Shown piece by piece: positions 18,837-28,660 of a DNA stretch of 64,000 bases (position 1 is the first letter of the stretch; every line of letters begins with the position of its first letter). Source of the stretch: an uncultured delta proteobacterium. Lineage in GTDB: Bacteria > Desulfobacterota > Desulfobaccia > Desulfobaccales > 0-14-0-80-60-11. Under the pieces are notes generated by a model, which saw nothing but the letters and a program-made list of their open reading frames with translations, was not told the origin of the DNA and ran no database searches. The stretch spans positions 18,212 to 82,211 of the forward strand of contig CAVXZU010000012.1 of NCBI GenBank assembly GCA_963766185.1, given 5' to 3'. The translations under genes and the position numbers were made by a program.

Positions 18837-21044
18837 ATGAAAGGGTGGCTCCTGGAAAAACAATGGCGGGTGGTGCTGGGCGGGATACTGCTGGTCGCAG
18901 TTCCTATACTCGGCCTGGCGTTATTTGTCTACTTTACCATGGCCCAAAGTTTGGAGGCGCTGCTCGTCCAAACCTGTCGCGATAATGTCGCCGACTGTGT
19001 CTACGCCGTTACCGCCAAACTGGATGACGATATAACCACAGGCAGACTCTTCGCCTCCAGGCTGTTGTTACATGGAGAGATCCTCAAAAAGGACCAGCCA
19101 GGCCTGACCTCTCACCTAAAAACCCTCTTAACCATTTCCAGCTCTCTCGAGCGCGCCGTCATCACCTCTCCCCAGGGCGTCCTTCTGGCCGACTATCCGC
19201 CAGACCCGGAGTTGCTGGGACGCAATTTCTCCTCTCGGGACTGGTACCGCGGGGTTTCCCGGCAATGGACCCCTTACGTGTCGGATTATTACCAGCGCAG
19301 GGCTGCGCCGAGAAATCTGGTTTTTAGCCTGGCCATCCCCATCAAATCCCAGGATAACCACATCTTGGGCATTCTGGTGATGCAGCCTAAAGCCGATTAC
19401 TTTCAAGTCGCCCTGGGACGCACGGAGAAGAAAAGGGTTGCTATTACCATCATCGACCGAGACGGTCGAGTCATTTATTTCTCTGGCCCAAAACGAGAAC
19501 AGTCGGAGGATATTTCTTCTTATCCCCTGATCCGGAAGCTCCGGCAGGGCCTGTCCGGGGAAGAGAAGATCACAGCCCTGCATGGCTGGAAAACGGTCAT
19601 TGCCGCTTATCGGCCGGCTCCCTGGGGTTGGGGGGTAATTGCCGAAAGTTCGATTAAAGAGGCGATGGCTCCGTTTACCTCAGCAACGTTGAGCCTGACG
19701 ATTTTTAGCGCCGTCATGCTGCTGTTGGGAGGATTTGGCGCCTACCGGGGCATCGATCTTATCCTCTCCGTCCAGCGTTTGGGCCGGGAGTTACAACAGG
19801 CCAACGATGCCATGCAGGTGCACCAGCACCAGTTGGCGGAGAGCAATGATAGACTGACCGTAGCTTCCAAGACGAAATCCGATTTCCTGGCTAACATGTC
19901 CCATGAACTGCGAACTCCTCTGAATTCTATTATCGGCTTTTCCGAAGTGTTGCGGGATGAACTTTTCGGCCCCCTCAATCCCAAGCAAAAGGAATATGTG
20001 GAATATATCGATAGCAGCGGCGGCCATCTGTTACGCCTGATCAACGACATCCTGGATCTGGCCAAGGTGGAATCCGGCAAAATGGAGTTGGAGCTTACCG
20101 CCTTTGTCCTCAAAGAGACGCTGAACCTCTCACTCACCATGTTAAGAGAAAAAGCCCTGCAACATGGGATAAACCTCGGCCTGGAGGTGGAACCCGAGGC
20201 GGAGGGTGAGGTTGTCCTGGATGAACGTAAATTCAAGCAGATCATGTACAACCTCCTCAGCAATGCGGTAAAATTCACTCCCTCAGGAGGGCGCGTAACG
20301 GTGTCGGTCCGCCGGTTACCGCCGGCGCAGTCACCCATTCCCCCCGGAACCACGGCTAAAACCGGCTGGCTGGAGATCTGCGTGGCGGATACCGGCATCG
20401 GTATCCAGCCGGAGGATTTGGGCCGCATATTTCAGGAATTTACGCAACTGTCCCCGGTTTATACCAAGACCCATGAAGGCACCGGTCTGGGCCTGGCCCT
20501 GACCAAGCGCCTGGTGGAGCTGCACGGGGGCCGGATTTGGGTCGAGAGCGAACCGGACCTGGGCAGCCGCTTTTACTTCACTATTCCACATAAAGCCTCA
20601 GACAGCCCTGCTCCAGTTTTCGCGGCCCCTGCCGTCTCCCACTGGTCAGAACGAAATGAAAGGGTGGTCCTGGTCATTGACGATGCCCCGCAGACCCTGA
20701 TGATTCTGAAAAATTCCTTACAATCCGAAGACGTCAGGGTGGTGAAAGCTGAGGGCGGCCCAAAGGGGCTGGAAGAGGCTCGAAGAATCAGGCCGGACCT
20801 CATCATTCTGGATTTGTTGATGCCGGAGATGAACGGCTTCGAAGTTTTGGAGGCGTTAAAATCCAAAGAGGAAACGGCAGCCATCCCGGTAATCGTCTTT
20901 ACCGCCATGGACCTGTCGGCGGAGAACAGGGCTCGACTCCGGGAGAAGGCCAAAGCCATTGTTGAAAAAGGCGTGGTGAGCCAGGACGCATTTATGGAAC
21001 AGGTTCAGCAGGTCTTGCGCGGACAAGTTCTGGTAGCGGAGTGA
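18837..21044 (+). CDS. Hybrid sensor histidine kinase (periplasmic Cache-like domain, HisKA, HATPase_c, C-terminal receiver)
   Basis: SDFLANMSHELRTPLNSIIGFSE (H-box), the N/G boxes (NLLSNAVKFTP, DTGIGI, GTGLGLALTKRLV), and a receiver VVLVIDDAP...DLIILDLLMPEMNG. Confidence 0.9.
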   Translation: MKGWLLEKQWRVVLGGILLVAVPILGLALFVYFTMAQSLEALLVQTCRDNVADCVYAVTAKLDDDITTGRLFASRLLLHGEILKKDQPGLTSHLKTLLTISSSLERAVITSPQGVLLADYPPDPELLGRNFSSRDWYRGVSRQWTPYVSDYYQRRAAPRNLVFSLAIPIKSQDNHILGILVMQPKADYFQVALGRTEKKRVAITIIDRDGRVIYFSGPKREQSEDISSYPLIRKLRQGLSGEEKITALHGWKTVIAAYRPAPWGWGVIAESSIKEAMAPFTSATLSLTIFSAVMLLLGGFGAYRGIDLILSVQRLGRELQQANDAMQVHQHQLAESNDRLTVASKTKSDFLANMSHELRTPLNSIIGFSEVLRDELFGPLNPKQKEYVEYIDSSGGHLLRLINDILDLAKVESGKMELELTAFVLKETLNLSLTMLREKALQHGINLGLEVEPEAEGEVVLDERKFKQIMYNLLSNAVKFTPSGGRVTVSVRRLPPAQSPIPPGTTAKTGWLEICVADTGIGIQPEDLGRIFQEFTQLSPVYTKTHEGTGLGLALTKRLVELHGGRIWVESEPDLGSRFYFTIPHKASDSPAPVFAAPAVSHWSERNERVVLVIDDAPQTLMILKNSLQSEDVRVVKAEGGPKGLEEARRIRPDLIILDLLMPEMNGFEVLEALKSKEETAAIPVIVFTAMDLSAENRARLREKAKAIVEKGVVSQDAFMEQVQQVLRGQVLVAE

Positions 21045-21048
21045 GCTG

Positions 21049-21423
21049 ATGGCCAAGAAGATCCTCATCGTGGAAGACAATGAAGTCAATCGGGTTTTGA
21101 TGAAAGACCTCCTGGCCTACCATGGTTATGAAATTATCGAAGCCGCCGATGGCGCGGCAGGGATCGAGACGGCCAAAAAGGTTAGGCCGGACCTGATCCT
21201 CATGGATATGCAAATGCCGATCATGGACGGCATCCAGGCGGTCACCCGGCTAAAGGCTGACCCTGACACCCGGGACCTAAAAATCGTCGGCGTCACTTCC
21301 TTCGCCATGAAAGGCGATCGAGAAAGAATCCTGCAGGCGGGATGTGACGAATATGTGGCCAAGCCCATTGATACCCGGGAACTGCCAAAGCTGGTGAAAC
21401 GTCTCTTGGGGGAGGAAGCATAG
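21049..21423 (+). CDS. Single-domain response regulator (CheY/DivK-like)
   Basis: KILIVEDNEVN...DLILMDMQMPIMDG...VGVTSFAMKGD...KP. Confidence 0.9.
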   Translation: MAKKILIVEDNEVNRVLMKDLLAYHGYEIIEAADGAAGIETAKKVRPDLILMDMQMPIMDGIQAVTRLKADPDTRDLKIVGVTSFAMKGDRERILQAGCDEYVAKPIDTRELPKLVKRLLGEEA

Positions 21424-21535
21424 CTTTAGATGACCACCTTCAGGTTAATGCAGAAGCACAGGAGCTGATTCTCTATTAAGCCTGTCTCAACCGGTGATTT
21501 CCGGCTTTGCATAGAGCAACTTGGCCAAGGAGGCC

Positions 21536-23065
21536 ATGGTTACCATGAATCAGAAGCCCAGGATACTGGTGGTGGATGATGTGCCCATGAATGTGGCTCT
21601 CCTGAAAGCGATGCTGGCTCCCAGGGGCTATGAGACCATCCCGGCGACCAGCGGTATTGAAGCCCTGGACCTGATCCACCAGGATAATATTGACCTGGTG
21701 CTCCTGGATATTATAATGCCGGAGATGGATGGGTTTGAGGTCTGTCGCCGCATCAAGGATGATGAACGGCTGAGGGATATCCCCATCATCATGCTCACCG
21801 CCCTCCATTCCAAACAAGACCGTATTAAAGGCATCGAGTCAGGGGCCGAGGATTTCATTTCCAAGCCCTTTGATCAGGGGGAGGTTTTTGCCAGGATCAA
21901 GATGCTCCTGAAGCTGCGGGAGACGAACGAAGGCCTCCGGTCCGCCTACCGCCATATCAATCTTTTGAGTTCCCTGGGTGAGACCATGATCCAGCATTTC
22001 GACCCCTACAATGTTGACGTCATGACGGGCCTGGATCTCATGGTGGATCAAATCATGGGGCGCCCTGAAGGGACCCTCGAAGGACCCGAACTGGTCCTGG
22101 CAGGGGTAATGCCGGAGAATCAGGCCGGTCAGTGGAAACTTTTCCACCTGGCCGGGGGTCAGTTAACGCAGCAAGATCTTAAGGAATTGAGCTTCCGGAA
22201 GCTCATAGCCCTGATCCAGGGGGATAAGTTAAAGACATTTTGCTTTAACGAAGGTGATCCGGTGCCGCCCGAGTTACAGGAAGTCATTGATAATCTTGGG
22301 ACCTTGGGCCTTAAGGTGGTCAATGTCGTCGGCTATGTCAACCCCCCGCTCTGTCTATTCGCCTGCAATTATGGACGTCGGGTTGACCAACATGATGTGA
22401 TCGTGATTAAGCACCTGGTCATGGAGAGGCTCTTCTTTAAATCCATCGCCGCCCAGATTGTCGCGGTGGAGGATGCCTTCGTTTATACGTTGCATGCCCT
22501 GGCCCGGGCTTCCGAAGCCAATGATGAAGATACCGGCGACCATATTGTCCGGGTGGGGGAGTATGCCACAGTTCTGGCAGAACAGTTGCAAGCACCTGCG
22601 AAATTTGTCCAAGGCATCAGAATTCAAGCCCAGGCCCACGATATCGGCAAGATCCATATTCCCCCGGATATCTTGCAGAAACCGGGTCCGCTTTCCGCAG
22701 CTGAATGGGTTATTATGAAAAGCCACACCACGTCTGGGGGCAAAATCCTGGGAGATCACCCCCGCCTGGTCATGGCTAAAAAAATCGCCTTAACCCACCA
22801 CGAAAGATGGGACGGCAGCGGTTATCCCCACGGCTTAAAAGGAGAAGAGATTCCCCTCGAAGGCATGATTACCATGCTGGCTGACCAATACGACGCCTTA
22901 AGAAATGTCCGGGTGTATAAGCCTCCCTTTGACCACCAAACCGCCTATAAAATTATTACGCAGGGGGATGGCCGGACCCTGCCGGCCCATTTCGCCCCCA
23001 AAGTTTTAGCGGCCTTTACGGCGATAGCTCCCCGTTTTGAAGAGATTTACGAGACACTTAAATGA
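21536..23065 (+). CDS. Response regulator with an HD-GYP domain (RpfG-type c-di-GMP phosphodiesterase family)
   Basis: Receiver RILVVDDVP...[14 protein letters not shown]-terminal part reads HIVRVGEYA...[10 protein letters not shown]...[14 protein letters not shown]. The start could be ATG 21545. Confidence 0.85.
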   Translation: MVTMNQKPRILVVDDVPMNVALLKAMLAPRGYETIPATSGIEALDLIHQDNIDLVLLDIIMPEMDGFEVCRRIKDDERLRDIPIIMLTALHSKQDRIKGIESGAEDFISKPFDQGEVFARIKMLLKLRETNEGLRSAYRHINLLSSLGETMIQHFDPYNVDVMTGLDLMVDQIMGRPEGTLEGPELVLAGVMPENQAGQWKLFHLAGGQLTQQDLKELSFRKLIALIQGDKLKTFCFNEGDPVPPELQEVIDNLGTLGLKVVNVVGYVNPPLCLFACNYGRRVDQHDVIVIKHLVMERLFFKSIAAQIVAVEDAFVYTLHALARASEANDEDTGDHIVRVGEYATVLAEQLQAPAKFVQGIRIQAQAHDIGKIHIPPDILQKPGPLSAAEWVIMKSHTTSGGKILGDHPRLVMAKKIALTHHERWDGSGYPHGLKGEEIPLEGMITMLADQYDALRNVRVYKPPFDHQTAYKIITQGDGRTLPAHFAPKVLAAFTAIAPRFEEIYETLK

Positions 23066-23311
23066 GCAGGATCGATCACCGCTATTTATACACCTCTCAA
23101 ATAATAGAGAATAGATAGTGGAGATTGTTATTATTTATGGAACTCACCTTCCCACTGGTTGTAAACTTCCCCCATCAACGTCAGATTTTGTCTGTTCCCG
23201 GTAGGCTGATGGTCAGCGCAAATCTTAGTCATTACGGTTAACAGCAAGGACCCTGCTTGCTGCTTCCCCAAATTATTGACTTCCCGTGCGAAGTAAGTTA
23301 ATTTATTCACA

Positions 23312-24286
23312 ATGGTTAGCCCGGATAAAAGTATTCTGAAGAACCTGGCGCCCGAGGTGGCCGCCATCAATGCCGCGCTCACGGCCAATCTCCAGACCCA
23401 CGTGCCGTTGATTGCCGAGGTGGGACGCCATATCCTGCTCAGCGGCGGCAAGCGCATCCGCCCGTTGCTGTTCATCCTGAGCGCCCGGATGTGCGGCTGC
23501 CAGGGCAATCATTTGAACGGTTTTTCCACCATCTTTGAATACCTGCACGCCGCCACTCTGCTGCACGACGATGTCATCGACGCGGCCAGCGTGCGCCGGG
23601 GGGCGTCCACCGCCAACACCATCTGGGGCAACCAGGCGGTGATCCTGGTGGGTGACTTTCTCCTGGCCAAAGCCCTGTCCCTGGCGGTGACCACCAATAA
23701 ATTGAAGATCCTCCAGGTTTTGTCGAACGCCACCACCATGATGGCCGAAGGCGAGATCCTCCAACTCATCCACGCCGGAAACCTGAAGATTACCGAAGCC
23801 GAATACTTCGAGGTCATCAACCGCAAGACTGCCATCCTCATGTCCGCCGCCTGTCAGATCGGGGCCATCCTGGGTGGGGTCTCCCCGGACCAGGAAGAGG
23901 CCTTGACCCAAATGGGGTTGAACCTGGGGACCACCTTCCAGGTGGTGGACGATATCCTGGATTACACCGGGGACGAAAGGGAGCTGGGCAAGGAGGTCTG
24001 TGCCGATCTGCGGGAAGGCCGGGTCACTCTGCCCCTGATTCACGCCCTGGCCCAGGCCTCGCCCCCGGATCGGGAGCGCCTGGCCTCTATCGCCCAGGAT
24101 CTGACCCCCAAGTCGGCCCCGGAACTCCGGAGCCTCCTCGACAAGTACGAGTCCCTGGACTATGCCCGCACCGTCGCCCGGAGCTACACCCTCAAGGCCC
24201 AGGAGAACCTGGAGACCTTCCCCCCTTCCCTGGAAAAGACCTACTTTTGGGCCATCACCGAAGAATTGCTGGCCCGGACCCATTGA
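23312..24286 (+). CDS. ispB: Polyprenyl diphosphate synthase (IspB-like, long-chain)
   Basis: LLHDDVIDAASVRRG and VVDDILDY aspartate-rich motifs; 324 aa. Confidence 0.8.
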   Translation: MVSPDKSILKNLAPEVAAINAALTANLQTHVPLIAEVGRHILLSGGKRIRPLLFILSARMCGCQGNHLNGFSTIFEYLHAATLLHDDVIDAASVRRGASTANTIWGNQAVILVGDFLLAKALSLAVTTNKLKILQVLSNATTMMAEGEILQLIHAGNLKITEAEYFEVINRKTAILMSAACQIGAILGGVSPDQEEALTQMGLNLGTTFQVVDDILDYTGDERELGKEVCADLREGRVTLPLIHALAQASPPDRERLASIAQDLTPKSAPELRSLLDKYESLDYARTVARSYTLKAQENLETFPPSLEKTYFWAITEELLARTH

Positions 24287-24433
24287 CCCTCGGCCGGTAC
24301 GAACCCGGCCCTCTCCCGACACCGTAATTTGTCAGATTATTTGTAAAAATTACCCGGGTAAACTTCCCACCATCGCCGCCTCGGCAAAGGGCGGGCCGGG
24401 TGGGCGCCATCCGGACTTTCCCCCTCATTTTAC

Positions 24434-24462
24434 TTGACATTATCCGAGTCTTACGGTAAATT
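24434..24462 (+). promoter_or_regulatory. Candidate sigma-70 promoter (TTGACA-17-TAAATT) giving a ~160-nt csp leader
   Basis: ttgaca at 24434-24439 and taaatt at 24457-24462. Long 5' UTRs are typical of cold-shock genes. Confidence 0.35.
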
Positions 24463-24624
24463 TTTCCCTGTAGATAGCATGTCAGACTGAAGGCAGGGCC
24501 GCGGGCCCTGGCCATAGATCGGAAGGGTATGCTAATCGCCCTCCCTTTTTTTTTGCCTGGCTGCTCTCGCGGTCCTGCTCCTGGGGCGGGATGAGTGTGA
24601 CAAAATTTAGGAGGTTCCTCATTC

Positions 24625-24828
24625 ATGAAGGAAAGGGGAAGAGTTAAGTGGTTCAATGATTCCAAGGGATTCGGTTTTATTTCCCGAGAGGACGGCCCCG
24701 ATGTCTTTGTGCATCACAGCGCCATCCAGAGTGATGGCTTTCGGACCCTGGCTGAAGACCAGGAGGTCGAATTCGAGGTGGTTCAAGGTCAAAAAGGACC
24801 CCAGGCGCAAAACGTCACCAAGCTATAA
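24625..24828 (+). CDS. Cold-shock protein, CspA family
   Basis: [15 protein letters not shown] and DVFVHHSAI are the RNP1/RNP2 motifs; 67 aa. Confidence 0.9.
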   Translation: MKERGRVKWFNDSKGFGFISREDGPDVFVHHSAIQSDGFRTLAEDQEVEFEVVQGQKGPQAQNVTKL

Positions 24829-24908
24829 TTGCTAACCACTTGAGGCTGGGAACTCCGGCGGCCCTCAGGCCCCGGAGTTCCGCCATATTGACCCCAAGGA
24901 GGTAAGCC

Positions 24909-25064
24909 GTGGCCCGCAATCGATATGGCTGGGAAAAACGCGCCAAGGAAATCGCCCGGAAGCAGAAGAGCGATGAGAAGATGAAAAGGCGCCAGCATCA
25001 GGCCACTGCAGAAGAAACTCCAGAAGAACCCAAGGCGCAGGAAGAAGCAACTATTGAGGAATAA
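24909..25064 (+). CDS. Small highly charged ORF (51 aa), hypothetical
   Basis: AAGGAGG at 24896-24902, a 6-nt spacer, GTG at 24909. It reads VARNRYGWEKRAKEIARKQKSDEKMKRRQHQATAEETPEEPKAQEEATIEE. It falls below the track's length cut-off. Confidence 0.35.
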   Translation: MARNRYGWEKRAKEIARKQKSDEKMKRRQHQATAEETPEEPKAQEEATIEE

Positions 25065-25142
25065 CCGGAATCTCCTCCAGATCGGGTCGGGCGACACCGT
25101 CGGGACAGGGGAACTGTGTCGCCGCCTAAGAGGGAGAAGATT

Positions 25143-25484
25143 GTGTCAATCAAATTGTATGTGGGCAACCTGCCCATGCAAATGACCGAAACCGAATTAA
25201 AGGAGCTCTTCACCGAGGCCGGCAATGTGGCCTCGGCCAAAATTATCACCGACCGCCAGACCGGCCAACCCCGGGGCTTCGGTTTTGTGGAGATGGAAAC
25301 CAAACTGGAAGGGACCAAAGCTATCTCCATGCTGAACGGTCGCCAGGTTGAGGGCCGGGTCCTGGCAGTCAATGAAGCCAGGCCCCAGGCTCGCACCGGT
25401 GGCGGCGGCGGCGGTCGCGGCGGCGGCTACGGTGGTGGTGGCGGTGGCGGCGGTCGCGGCGGCGGTCGCGGCGGCTACCGCTAA
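25143..25484 (+). CDS. RRM-type RNA-binding protein with a Gly/Arg-rich tail
   Basis: KLYVGNL (RNP2) and RGFGFVEM (RNP1), with a GGGGGRGGGYGG tail. GGGAGA lies 7 nt upstream of GTG 25143. Confidence 0.85.
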   Translation: MSIKLYVGNLPMQMTETELKELFTEAGNVASAKIITDRQTGQPRGFGFVEMETKLEGTKAISMLNGRQVEGRVLAVNEARPQARTGGGGGGRGGGYGGGGGGGGRGGGRGGYR

Positions 25485-25664
25485 GCCACCCGGCTCCGCC
25501 CCCAGCGGCGCCGACACAGCTACCCCACGCCGGCAGGGTCCACGAGGCCTTGCCGGTTTTTCTGTAAAGGTAGCCGATAGTTACGGGCGGGCCTGGCCCG
25601 CCGATTCCTTTTGGAACCTTGAACTTCGAACTTTGAAGGTGTCTGATCTGAGAGATGAAAGTCA

Positions 25665-26354
25665 ATGAAGATATGCTGCATTGGATTCGACCTGCCTGAG
25701 GGCAAGGTAAAGTATCAGGACGAGATCGTCATCACCCTGGAACAGAAATTATCCCCCAAGAAGACCACGCCGTTCTACGTTGAATTCACCCGGGACGACT
25801 TCAGCCATTGCGACGCCTTTCTCGTCGCCCGGGAGAAAATCTGGGATATCCTTATCCTGGACCTGGAAAAACTGGAAGCCCGGCGGGACCGGACCGGAGA
25901 AGCGGCGGAACAAGAACTCCTGGATAAGTGCCTGGGGTACCTGGAACAGGAAGTGCCCCTATGCGACGGCCAGTTCAGCGAGGCGGAACTGGTTCTCTTA
26001 AAGACCCTGGCGCCCTTGAGTTTAAAGCCCACGCTGGTCGCGGCCGAGGCGCCGGAGATCAACGACGCCATTACCCAGGTCCTGAAAAAATCCGGCATCA
26101 TCTTTTTCTACACCGCCGACAAGAAAGAGGTGCATGCCTGGCCGGTCCCCCAGGATTCAGACATCGTCACCTGCGCCGGCAAGATTCACTCCGACCTGGC
26201 CCGGGGTTTCATCAAGGCCGATATTGTCAGCTACCACGACTTTATGCAGGTCTACAACATGGCCGAAGCCCGGGCCAAGGGCCTGGTAAAGCTGGTGGAC
26301 CGTGATTATACCATCCGCCCCGGTGACCTCATCGAAATTCGGTTCAACGTCTAG
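25665..26354 (+). CDS. YchF-like protein retaining the C-terminal TGS/DUF933 part but lacking a Walker A loop
   Basis: The C-terminus IFFYTADKKEVHAWPVPQDSDIVTCAGKIHSDLARGFIKADIVSYHDF...GDLIEIRFNV matches the YchF C-terminal domain. The N-terminus MKICCIGFDLPEGKVK sits where GLPNVGKS would be. Confidence 0.65.
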   Translation: MKICCIGFDLPEGKVKYQDEIVITLEQKLSPKKTTPFYVEFTRDDFSHCDAFLVAREKIWDILILDLEKLEARRDRTGEAAEQELLDKCLGYLEQEVPLCDGQFSEAELVLLKTLAPLSLKPTLVAAEAPEINDAITQVLKKSGIIFFYTADKKEVHAWPVPQDSDIVTCAGKIHSDLARGFIKADIVSYHDFMQVYNMAEARAKGLVKLVDRDYTIRPGDLIEIRFNV

Positions 26355-26475
26355 GCCAGGGCCCAAGCTCCACCGGAGCCCGGCCTTCACCGCAGGATGC
26401 ACCAATCTCCTCTACGACCGCGCCCCGGGCGGTTATCCCAGCATATTTGCCTTTCATTACCTCAATGAATAAGTC

Positions 26476-26582
26476 GAGACCTCTGCGCAAGTCTCTGGCG
26501 CTCTCCTTCCGCATCAAAATGCCGCGTCGGCGCCCTCGCCAGCGCCTGAAGAGCGTCTGGACAGCCGAGCGCGAAGGATCCA
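26476..26582 (-). repeat. Family A element, copy 3, inverted and truncated at one end
   Basis: gagacctctgcgcaagtctc...ccttccgcatcaaaatg...cgtcggcgccctcgcc...ggacagccgag is the reverse complement of copies 1 and 2. The far TIR is missing. Confidence 0.8.
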
Positions 26583-26622
26583 GGTCACCCCTATAACGGC
26601 AGCCGGCGGCTCAGCCCCGGCC

Positions 26623-27960
26623 TCAGGCGACAAAATAGGTTTGGCAGGCTCGATCCAGGTTTTCCGGATTGAGGAGAGGAGCCAGTCGGTGGAACCGGCA
26701 ATAATCCATGACCTGCTCCAGGAGGTCCCGGGGATGACAGGCGATGAGCGGGCGTTGGCCGTCGTCATAGTACCGGCCCAGGAGATACTCCACCGCCTCC
26801 GGGTTGAACTCCAGATGGTACTGATCGCAGTAGAGGCGGAAAATCTCCACAAACTGATCCCGGGTCACATAATCCAGCTTGACCTTGGAGCGCAGGCGCC
26901 GCAAAAAGGCATCATCCACCAGGGAGCGGGGCTCCAGGTTAGTGGCAAAAATAATGAACTGGTCAAAGGGGATGGCGAATTTCTGGCCGGTGCGCAAGCG
27001 CAGAAAATCCTGGTGATTTTCCAGGGGAACGATCCAGCGGTTGAGCAGTTCCTGGGGCGGAACATGCTGGCGGCCGAAGTCGTCCACGATAAACACCCCA
27101 TTATTGGCCTTTAATTGCAGGGGGGCCTCAAAATATTTCAGGGTGGGCTTATAAGCCAGGTCCAGCATGTCCAGGGTGAGTTCGCCCCCCACCGTCACCA
27201 CGGGGCGGCGGCACCGCACCCACCGGCGATCAACTCTCTCCCCCTCTAAGACTGCCTTCTCCGAGCGCTTATGGGTGATTTCATCAAAGACCTGAATTAC
27301 CTGGCCGTCCACAAAGATGGCGTAGGGTACCAGGATGTCATCCTCCCAAACCCTGCCTAAACGCTGGGAGAGGAGGGTCTTGCCGTTTCCCGGGGGGCCA
27401 TAGAGGAAAAGGGGCTTGCCGCTCACCGCCGCCACTCCCAGTTGCTCAAGGATATCGGCGGACAGCACCAGTCCCTCGAAGGCCTGTTGGACGCGGTCGG
27501 GGGTGATCTCGGCCCCCGCGATACTCTGGCGGGTCACATGCTCCCAGTAGTCTCTCAGAGTCACCGGGGCCGGTCCCGTATAGGCATCGTATTCCAGCAA
27601 CTGCGACGCCTGCTTTCTCCCCGCCTCACTCAGGGAATGCCGGTTAGCCAGACTCAGAGAACTGACCGCCAGAGCCATGGGGTCGGGACCCCGCACTTCG
27701 ACCCACCTGGCCTTTTTCAAGTAGTCCACCAATTCGGAGATGATGCTGGGCGACACCTTCAAACGTGCCGCCAGGTCCCCCAGGGTGAAGAAATCCATAT
27801 AGAAGCAGTGCTTCAAGGCGAGTTGGCTCAGGAATAGCGCCGGCAGACCTGAATCCTCAATGGTCGCAGGCGCGGCCCATCTCAGATCGGTTATCCCCTC
27901 GGCTTCCGGCCCGGGGCTGCCGTCCAACGCAATTCCGTAGCGGTTATCCATGGCATCCAT
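26623..27960 (-). CDS. Classical AAA+ ATPase with an N-terminal winged-helix-like region, function unknown
   Basis: Walker A LFLYGPPGNGKTLL, Walker B GVFIVDDFG, sensor/arginine region IIFATNLEP...DDAFLRRL. GGGAGAG lies upstream of ATG 27960; the track ORF extends to 28047. Confidence 0.75.
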   Translation of the reverse strand: MDAMDNRYGIALDGSPGPEAEGITDLRWAAPATIEDSGLPALFLSQLALKHCFYMDFFTLGDLAARLKVSPSIISELVDYLKKARWVEVRGPDPMALAVSSLSLANRHSLSEAGRKQASQLLEYDAYTGPAPVTLRDYWEHVTRQSIAGAEITPDRVQQAFEGLVLSADILEQLGVAAVSGKPLFLYGPPGNGKTLLSQRLGRVWEDDILVPYAIFVDGQVIQVFDEITHKRSEKAVLEGERVDRRWVRCRRPVVTVGGELTLDMLDLAYKPTLKYFEAPLQLKANNGVFIVDDFGRQHVPPQELLNRWIVPLENHQDFLRLRTGQKFAIPFDQFIIFATNLEPRSLVDDAFLRRLRSKVKLDYVTRDQFVEIFRLYCDQYHLEFNPEAVEYLLGRYYDDGQRPLIACHPRDLLEQVMDYCRFHRLAPLLNPENLDRACQTYFVA

Positions 27961-28161
27961 TGATCTCTCCCTGGCCCTGGCATCCTGGCCTGAGCCGCCG
28001 CCCGTCGAGGCTGAACCCGCGGCCGGATACTGCCGTCCGGTCCGCAATGCTCACCGGCTACTGAGATTATCGGCAGTCCGGCTCCGTTTATCCAATTTGT
28101 CCTCAGGCGATGATCGGAATCTGTTTCCCCGAGGGGGTAAAACCCGGGTACCAGAAGAAAT

Positions 28162-28291
28162 GAGACTGCTGCGAAAGTCTCACGGAGGATAGCCGCCCTC
28201 GGCTGTCCACGCCGCGTTCAGGCGCAGGCGAGGGCGCCGACGCGGCATTTTAACGGGGAAGGATAGCGCTGGAGACTTTTCCAGGGGTCTC
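28162..28291 (+). repeat. 130-nt MITE-like element, family A, copy 2
   Basis: gagactgctgcgaaagtctc...ggatagccgccctcggctgtcc...ggcgcaggcgagggcgccgacgc...gagacttttccaggggtctc. Confidence 0.85.
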
Positions 28292-28660
28292 AGGAATAGC
28301 ATGAACTCCGGATAGACGGGGGAGGATTAGGGGAGGCCTTAAAACCAATACTTTCCAGTCCCCCTCTTTGAAAAGGGGAGATTAGGGCCGTAGTGTCCGG
28401 CAGAGATTTTGCAAGAGCGCTGGCAGAGTTAAAATGAAAAATGGGGCAGCAAGACTTTAACCGGAGACGGCGCAGTCTGAGAGCGCTATCAGCGAAAACC
28501 CCCTCTCCCCTGCGAGGGGAGAGGGTTGGGGTGAGGGGTGGCTTCGTTGGCTAACACCCCCTCGCCCTCCCCTCCCCCCTTATGGGGCCAGGATGCAATC
28601 CCCTTTCACCTGCAGCGGTCCACTCATCGTGCCGGCCATCTCCTGGATTTCGGTGATTTT

